Source: Raillietiella orientalis
Taxonomy: Eukaryota
Length of the DNA stretch: 64,000 nucleotides
Assembly (NCBI GenBank): GCA_036172245.1
Contig: JAYWIR010000039.1
Location: forward strand, 1,612,001 to 1,676,000
Reading direction: 5' to 3'
The notes beneath the pieces were generated by a model. The model saw nothing but the letters and a program-made list of their open reading frames with translations. It did no database searches and was not told the DNA's origin. Shown in pieces: positions 52,046 to 64,000 of this stretch. How positions within the stretch are numbered: the first letter of the stretch is position 1; each line of letters starts with the position of its first letter. A program made the translations under genes and the position numbers.

Positions 52046-53822
52046 GGCTGCGGAAAGGACTAGGGCTTACTGGCAGAACAAGAGGGATGGAATCGAGGGA
52101 AGAGGCACAGCTCTACTACGCTAACAGTCTGGTGCTTCCAGGAGTAGAGAAGGGCCACAGACAATCTTGAAAAGGTGCCAGAATAGAACGGGGGAATTCA
52201 GGGATGGGCTTATCGAAGAGATGGAAGATAAATCCCTAAGCAGTGAACCTCCAACTCTTCGACAGTTGCGTGTCTTCAATACTGGTTTTCCGTTTCCCCC
52301 ACGGAGCAACAGAAAGTCTCGTTCTGAACTCCCCGAAAGTGAAGTCGACCCAGAAGAAGGAGTTCAAGAAGGGACAGACGGCAAGGGAGCCATGTCTTCC
52401 TTTGGCAAATCACGTCGTGGAGGGAAAGGGAGAGAAGCAATTGGAATGAACAGACAGGGACGAGGTACCCGTTGACAGAAAAAAAGCTGCTCTAGACCTA
52501 TCAAAAGATAGGGTGATAAAGAAAAGAGAAACTTCGGATAAAGAACGAGATCGATCGTTACATGAAAAAACAAGAAAAATCTCAGGAATGTTTTCCTAAA
52601 GAACATCTTAAACAAACGAAAAGATTCCTGCAGGCGTTTCCTGGAATCTAGGCAGATTTGTTGCACTGAACAGGATTCTTTAAAATTATGAAAATGTCTT
52701 ATTGATGACGAAACAACTTTTGTCTTTACTAGAAGGTTCGTCGTCTCCTCGATGGTGAACGAATGAGAGGATTAAATGCAGTACCGCTCCACATAGTGGC
52801 ACTCTACCCTTACAAAGTTTAAAATCAGTAACCAAGAAGCTTCAGAACGAAAGAAACAATTACACAACTTGGTTTGTAAACACCGAAATGATCTTCTACT
52901 GTTGAAAGCTGGATTGATAGTCACTAGTTGTAAATAAGCTACTTTTTTTTTTTTGGTAGCTGAAAATAATTTTCAGAATGCGTATTTGCTTACTTCTATG
53001 GAGACGTTCAGAAGAAGAAGAGAAAAAAAAACTTTATGTCACTTAGATCGGTAAAAGTCATGTCGGAAACACCATTGAAACACTTCCCTAAAATTTCGAG
53101 AACCAGAAAAGCAAAAATCATGAGGTTGACTTTAGATGCAGATTTACTTTATTAAAGAAGAGAAATTATTTGTTATTAGTCAGGGCTACTTGGATTTTGA
53201 GACCAGATAATGAAGGAAAAGTGCAAAGATTCTTGCTGATAAATAAACATGCTTATTTATTTGATTATCATCGACACTATCTTCATATCAGTGCATCCTG
53301 TTTTATAATAGCCGCATTCGGCTTTTTCCCCTGGTTCTTTCTCCCTCCAACACAGTCCGTGAAGATATTTAAAAGATGCAAGGTATCAGATATCCAAAAG
53401 AAAACAAGCAAACATCCCAGCAAGCAAAGCTCGCCTCTCCTTCAGCGTGCTGGGAAAACCGTGTGCTCCCTGGGAATCTCTCCATACGGACACACATCCC
53501 GGCATACCAGACTGCACGTGCCAGATCCGACCGCATCCCGAAAAGTTCCAGGACGAATCCCAGCTTTCTTCTCGATCAGGGGAGCCGGCGTCTCCCGACG
53601 TCTTCCCGACTCCGGGGGTCACCACGGGGAAATGATCTTCCCCGTGAGTGGACAACTTGCTTCTGGCCCCAGGCTTCTTCCCACCCAGCCCAAGGCATCC
53701 TCCGTGTGTCTCCGCACATCCCGGGGGTTCTCGAGCGAGCCGTCTCCGCCGCAAGCGATCCGCGGAGGGATCCGCGGAGCTGTCTGCAGAGCGTCGTCCG
53801 CAGAACCGCAACTTTCGAAGTG

Positions 53823-57533
<3,711 letters not shown>

Positions 57534-58150
57534 TTATTGGCTTCAAGCTTTGCTCATTTCAGTTTCATTTAGTTTTCAAACTTCTGCACTTCCGTAAAAT
57601 TGCATGCAATAAAACCATAAACATTGTATGTTCATCACTTCAGTACATGTATGATTGGTTTTCAACACATGGCTTGTGATGCATCAAAAAAATGCAAATG
57701 TTTTGATCCCCGTGAATTCACATCAGTATTAAAAGGATATCAACACCAGAAACTAGATCTGGTTGCTGAAGCTATGCACAAGTGCTCCTGAATGAGCAGC
57801 AAAGTTACAAAATTACTATGGAAGTATTCCAAAGGAAACCCATGGTGACACTTTTTCAAGAGTAACAAAAATATTCGTGTATTTATACCTACACTTTCAA
57901 AGAAATGATTTCAATCAAGCTCACATTGTAATTTCTAGTTGGTTTAGTTCCAGGATGCATCCACATTTGCAATTAATCCCAAAGACATAATTTCTTTTCT
58001 GATAGTGTTCCAACACTTCATTTTAATACTTGTGGCAGTATACCACCAATATTTTCGATATGCTTTTTATTCGTTCCAGACTTTTCAAGTGCTGCTGTGA
58101 TAATTTTAGATTTGCATGTTTAGTTTTCATATTAGTCCCAATACGTGTTT

Positions 58151-59774
58151 TTATATAAGACTTTCTTCATTTCTTATATATTCACCAATATCTGCTTGGT
58201 GAAAACAAATGATAGTTAATGGATCTGCATTTCGGCAGTCTGCTGTTGACTTGGCTGCCACACCAAATCCCTAAAACATTCCAAAACAATCAATACAACT
58301 AGGGTAACAATTTATGGTTCATACCAGTGGAATGTCATTTAAGGAATAAATGATGACTCCTTGGTACTTAGGAGTATTATCAGTGATTCTGGCCAAACCA
58401 GATTTAAGGATATGATGACCATAAAGAAACTGCTGCTCAGCTGATGGCTTCACCCAGATTTTATACTAAAAGTAGAAAAGTTCTCCACATTATTAACCCT
58501 TATTATTAATATTAAAATGTTTCAGAATGGTAATAAAACCCATCTTTTGTGCTGATGAAAATGAGTATTACAAAAACACTACACAATACAAAGTTTAAGG
58601 TAGCCAAGTTTGGAAAACAGCACTCATTTTAAAACAAACAAGCATAGTTTTACTTCACTGTACTTCCTGTGTATTCTAATATGCATTTATATTTCAAACT
58701 TTTTGAGCTGTTACTAGTACACTGTTCTTGATATTTCTAAATTTCTAAAATTAAAAATTTACTCCTTCATAGTGGATGATCTTTTAGTTAATGCATTTAT
58801 TATTAGACACAAGGCCATATGGACAGCAAGAGAAATTTTATGTTATTCAAAAGTAACTTTTGGATAACAACGAAAATTCACGAATTTCACAAAACAGAAA
58901 CAGGATTTACTGCTTTGAACTGAAACTTGCGAATTAGCAGATTATGGGAAATTAGATTTATATTCATGTTTTTTTTTTCTTTCCACATCTTCTAAACAGC
59001 AAACCTGGCAAAGTATGATACAAACCAAACACAGCAAATTACTCAGAAGACTCTAAGACCCAAAAACAAACACTATAAACATCTATACATTGCATTTAAC
59101 TCATAGAGCATAAGCATTTCTTTATCATACTCACATATTAATACAGTGCGAACTTATGTGTACATATAAATATTGTTTGCACAGCACAATTTAATGTGCA
59201 CTGCACATGGCAAATATGAAAATCAATGCGGTATATGACACATTATTAAAATAATTTTACCTTTGCATGGGCTGTCAAATGATTCAGGCAAGTTACATGT
59301 AACCTGAATTTTTTAGTTTTTGTAAACTTTCCAAAGCAAGTTCCAAAACAAACGAGATTATCCCTACTAATGCTCTCTGCTTGTTTGAGTACATCTTCGC
59401 TAACATAATATACCCTATCTTTGTGCAGCTGAAAATGATGTTTTTTACCGGGAGGGTCTGTAAAATGGGCAACGTTGTCACCAATGCTGAAAAAAAAATT
59501 ACAATTAAAACACACAACTTCCTCCTCTAAAAATCCATCTGTCCATTTGGAATATTTTCAAAACAGCAAATCACGATTAAAACTGGAAGCTAATTTAACG
59601 CAATCATATTCGATCTCTTTCAAAATTCGGGTTACATACAAGTAATTTTTTCAAATACTCTTTACTATTTCAAATGGACTTATTTGTTATGAATACGAAC
59701 CACGTGGGCACGACTTACTATTTAGACAATTTCTCAAGGAAAATGTTCCTTTCTTCTTCAGTCAAAGACCTCAT
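58151..59774 (-). CDS. NIP7: 60S ribosome subunit biogenesis protein NIP7, 180 aa; exons 59774-59719, 59486-59261, 58465-58325, 58270-58151
   Basis: [68 protein letters not shown] and [22 protein letters not shown]. Total 543 nt in frame. Confidence 0.97.
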
Positions 59775-62700
59775 TGGTGATTAAGTGCCAAAATTTGCTG
59801 ATGACGGCAAAACGAAATTTTTAGGTTATCGGGTTTGATGCATAGAAAGTCAAACGAATAAGGAAGGTCCATCCAAAATAAGCTAATCTCCCTAGTCTCC
59901 TCATACATTTAACCACGCATAGTGATCACTCACTAAGCACTGAAACTGGTCTCATCTTCCCATGTGCATCCTTCTGGGAAGAGGCAGAGTGCACAACGTT
60001 TCACAAAATACTCAGATTCTTAATTAAAGATTCGTTAATTTTTTTATGCATGAGAGTATTTCTGTTATGCATAAGCTGTCCCATTCCATTTTTAAATGTT
60101 TTCCAGTTTCAGAATAATTTCATCTTTCTTATTCGAAACTAATGCACAATAAAATCAATTTGATACCTTCATGATCGAATGGAAAGTTCATTTTGTTTTT
60201 GTTTTTTTAAATTTTGTGAGTCATTCTTGTCTAAATGAGAGCATTTATGTAGAGATTTATGACTTTGTGGAGAAATTTTCAGCAATTCTTGAAGATTTTC
60301 AGAGGCTTAAAAGTCACATACTGAGAAAGCCAAAGGTTTCCTTTCGATATGAAGTTCTAGTTTTCTGATGCATTCAAATTGTTCAAAAATTGATGCACGA
60401 TATTTAGACTGCATCATGGTGCAGATGCATCCAAGTGACAATGAAACATGACAGATGAATTTTTCAAGTTTCGGATATCATCAGTCAAATGAAATTCCGA
60501 AAATCAGTGTGTATCCTGACATCTCATGTGGAAATGCATATGGGCATCACTAAAAACTGCGTAATAAATCGATGAATTTATCTAGGAATCAGTGTTTTTA
60601 AGTGTGTAATATAATAAATGTCAAAATATCAAGAAAATTCCATTTTCTTAAATAATACAACATTTCAGTATGAGTTCCAGTGAGCTTACTACGGACTCGA
60701 TTTCAATTATTTGGAAATGCGCTTTTGAAATTTGGAAATCTTCAAATAAGAAGATTTCCAAAAAGAATTTGTTTGAATTTCTAAAAAGCATTTGATTACT
60801 GATTTATCATATTGAAGTGCAAATACATAAATACTAGGTCTGTGATGCATTTGAACTAAGAGTTGATCTATTTATAATTCATTTTGATATGAATTTCTCA
60901 ATTTTGCCTGGATTATGTGGAAAAAAATGATTAATCTAAGGCTACTTTTGTATCTCAGCGAACTTTAAGAAATTCATGCACTTCATTTGTTGTCTCTTAA
61001 CTTTTTAAAGTGCTTATTGAATTCTAAACTTGCAAGCTTTTTCAAATTTGTAGTCATCTTTTGTCTTTTCAGCCGTGGAGATCAATTTGATTTCGAATGA
61101 AAATTTTATTTATTATACATAAGTTAAAGCCCACGTATATTTAGTATATTTGATGCTTGTATTGAATTTAAAATGTATTATTCGTTGGTTGAGATCCAAT
61201 CGATTTCATGATTTTGTTCGTAAATTTTCCATTATGTGTACATAATTTATTTAAGCTCAGTGATTCATTGCTAATTTTATTGGGTTCAATTAAAGCATAG
61301 AAATTATAAAAATTCCATTTGTGCTTCCTTCTCTTTAAATTATGTAAAAGGAAATCGTTTTCTTAATAAAGGGAATGCGTTTCATTCAGATCAACCTCTA
61401 CGCAATATCATAATTTTATCCACATTATGTTTTATTGATATCAGAACAAACATTTGAATCTGGTAACACCTTCATCATAGATGGAAATTATGGTTTCTAA
61501 CACAAAGAAGTTTTTTTTCGTTAAACGTGAAATATTGTTTTTCCTTTTGTTTATTTCGTTTGTTTATCCTTCTGTGCTGCATTACAAACAGGGTTCCTGT
61601 GCGTATTAAATTGAAAAACTTCTTCCGTGTGTGTGGTGTACTCTAATGTTAAAATTGCTTGATGTGTAGGTAGTGCCTTAGAATGTGCTTCAGGAGTGTT
61701 TGTTTGTTATAGCTCAGCAGAGGATCACTCATTAAAGTTTGTTGTTGGTTATAATATAGTTTTCTGTCTAGGTGAATTACCCGTTTTTTCAAGTCATCAT
61801 CAGTAAGTATCGAAATCAAATTTGCATTTTCACCCTGATTTGTTTTTCAGTAAAGGTATTTTTAGTCTATGTAATGATTTATTACTATTTGATAGAAAGT
61901 ATCGAAAAGATAAAGTTAATATTTGAGTTTCCTCCGGAATTGCGATTTTGCCACTGTGAACATTGTCAATTAAAATATGCTGTATACTTAGACTATGAAT
62001 GTTGCTTTTATGACATTCAGACTCATATCAAGCCAAAACTGCTCATCACTTCGTATTTGGCAACTCGTTTTACTTATTTTACTTAACATTTAGACACTCA
62101 ATTTTTACATCAATTCTGTGGCTTTCTAGTTAAGAAAGATAAGATAGCACATGTTTGTTTCCTTGGTTTCTCAAAGCATCTTCACTAAAATTCGTTTATA
62201 TGATAAACTTTAATGTGAAGCGGCATCGAAGTCATAATGAAATTCAGAAAAACTTGCATGGCTGCACATCTTAAAACATTTACAGCAGTCACCTAAATCA
62301 GATGTTCTTGATAGTGAGCAATTAGGTTCACTTATTATTAATGAATTTGAGTTTTAAATGATTGTGAGCATATCACATACTTCTCTGGCAGAAATAGTGT
62401 TGAGCAAATTAAAAGTGAAAACTTTGACCAAGTTAAAACCTCATAATTGACTTTTGGGTTAATTAAATATGAAATGATTTGTTGCAATATAATGTGTGTG
62501 TGAGTACACTCATCTGCTTGAATATATACAGAAATCAGTTGATGTTATCTGATGGACTTGTGAAAGTGTTAAGTAATGTTAAATTCATGATGTACTTCCA
62601 GGTGAAAACTATTATGCATCTAAATGAACCATGTCTTACATAATAAAGATACATTCTTTATTATCAGTTCATTGTTTATTCCGTGTGGAGGTTTTTGTTT

Positions 62701-63103
62701 TTTGCAACAAAATTGCAGGAACTTAATGTGTTTTTTAATGCTCACAAGTGCTCACAGTTGATTCCATGTAATTCGTGAACATGTAATATGCATGCAAAGT
62801 TCTACATTTTGAATATTTTCCCTCCCAAATTTTAAAAAATATAAACTCAAGTGTCCAAAAGGAAAAACTGGAACTATGTTTAATATTTAAAATGTAGTTT
62901 GAAAGCTACTTTTTATGTGTGACTTCTAAGGTTTATTGTCAGAAAAAAGAAAAAGTTGAGTGTCATGTGCACCATCACTTGCAGTGCCGTAAAAGGTAAC
63001 TGTTGGAAGAACATACACCTAATTGACTGACCTATACATTAAGCAGATGTAAATGGGCTTTTTCCATTTCTTTAAACAAGTTCTTAAATAATTATATACA
63101 GAA

Positions 63104-63446
63104 ATGGAATCTTGTCCCAGCAAAAATGATGAACAGTTATCACCACAAAACTTTGGAAACTATAAGAGAAAACTGAGCACTGCTGATTCATCCCCCAAAA
63201 AAGCAAAACTTGAAACTACTGCTGAAGTTTCAAATGGCTTACAAGACAAAATACTTGAATTCAAAAGCAATGAATTAGCAGCATCTCAACAAAACTATCA
63301 TTCCTATCTGGAAGAGTTGTATTTCCTTCAGCACAATGGTGATATGATGGAATTTGCCACTTGGAGGAAAAAGCCACCATCTCCTTTCCTACAGTATTCA
63401 AAAGACAATCAGATATCTAATGATGATGTGGAAGGAATCTGTGCAG
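63104..63446 (+). CDS. dom: probable first coding exon of helicase domino (SRCAP/EP400 family); gene continues beyond the window
   Basis: KILEFK...YLEELYFLQHNGDMMEFATWRKKPP resembles the arthropod domino N-terminal block (ELFFLQxGGNMMDYxxWRKRPP) as I recall it. Acceptor at 63101, donor CAG|GTAGGT at 63446. No helicase domain in the window. Confidence 0.7.
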
Positions 63447-64000
63447 GTAGGTGCCAAATGTATCATTTGTATTATTGTAGTTAACTTTATTTCAAAATTT
63501 TTTATTGATTTTTTTACACATAGTCAATATAAATAGTTTTTTGTTATTTTTGCTAAAATCTTTTCTTATCTACAAAGTTGAGATTGATGATCCTGTCCTT
63601 TCTGTGTTTGCTTTTTTAACCAACTGTTAATTTTGCATTTTTATGTATTTCTAATTTCCTTTTTCGTTTTTGCAGTTTCATGTTTTACTGTGTTTTTAGG
63701 TAGCTACCATTGTATTGGTTTTTCAATGCAAATTTGTAGCAAATAATTTCAAAAATAATCAAAGGAATTAATATGGAGATAGTTTGACATCTGTGTCACA
63801 TGTGCCTTTATTTTACTTTTCATTTGTTGAGATTCATATTGATTATTAATTTATATTGGAATAAATAAAAATTACATAATTACATGTTTTCCATAGCACT
63901 TTTGATTCATGTTTATAAATTTAGATTGGATGAAAGGATGAATAGTTTTAGGGTTGAAAAAATATTCGTCGTTTCTGTTTTTCATGCATTTAATTTCAAA

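Larger units (their letters stand above)
31000..52470. other. GC- and CpG-rich compositional domain with many G/C runs and purine/pyrimidine tracts
   Basis: By eye it is far richer in G+C and CG dinucleotides than the flanks, with dense overlapping spurious ORFs. Contains CCAP and nemy. Confidence 0.85.

Noticed and set aside
31018..52124. Dozens of long overlapping ORFs in all six frames (e.g. 48755-50089, 444 aa; 38406-39230; 49597-50517)
   Set aside because: Low-complexity R/P/G/S-rich translations expected from stop-poor GC-rich DNA; no recognisable domains apart from the CCAP and nemy exons.

Overview
Eukaryotic, intron-containing animal DNA. It is arthropod-like and probably crustacean (inferred from CCAP, a nemy-type cytochrome b561 and a Sec-containing SelS); the species cannot be determined. 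Genes: selenoprotein S (-, in-frame UGA plus a 3'UTR SECIS), GRIPAP1 (-), CCAP neuropeptide precursor (+), nemy-like cytochrome b561 (-), ALDH9A1-like (+), NIP7 (-), and the first coding exon of a probable domino/SRCAP helicase (+, runs off the window). Region 7.5-18 kb is a decayed transposon cluster: two convergent L1/Tx1-like LINEs around a Tigger remnant that carries a piggyBac MITE. There are two long inverted repeats (1.8 kb and 27.7-28.2 kb). A ~21 kb GC/CpG-rich domain (31-52.5 kb) holds the convergent CCAP and nemy pair, whereas the housekeeping genes lie in AT-rich, CpG-poor DNA with 43-55 nt introns. No CRISPR, rRNA or tRNA was seen. All calls were made by eye and from remembered motifs; no searches were run.
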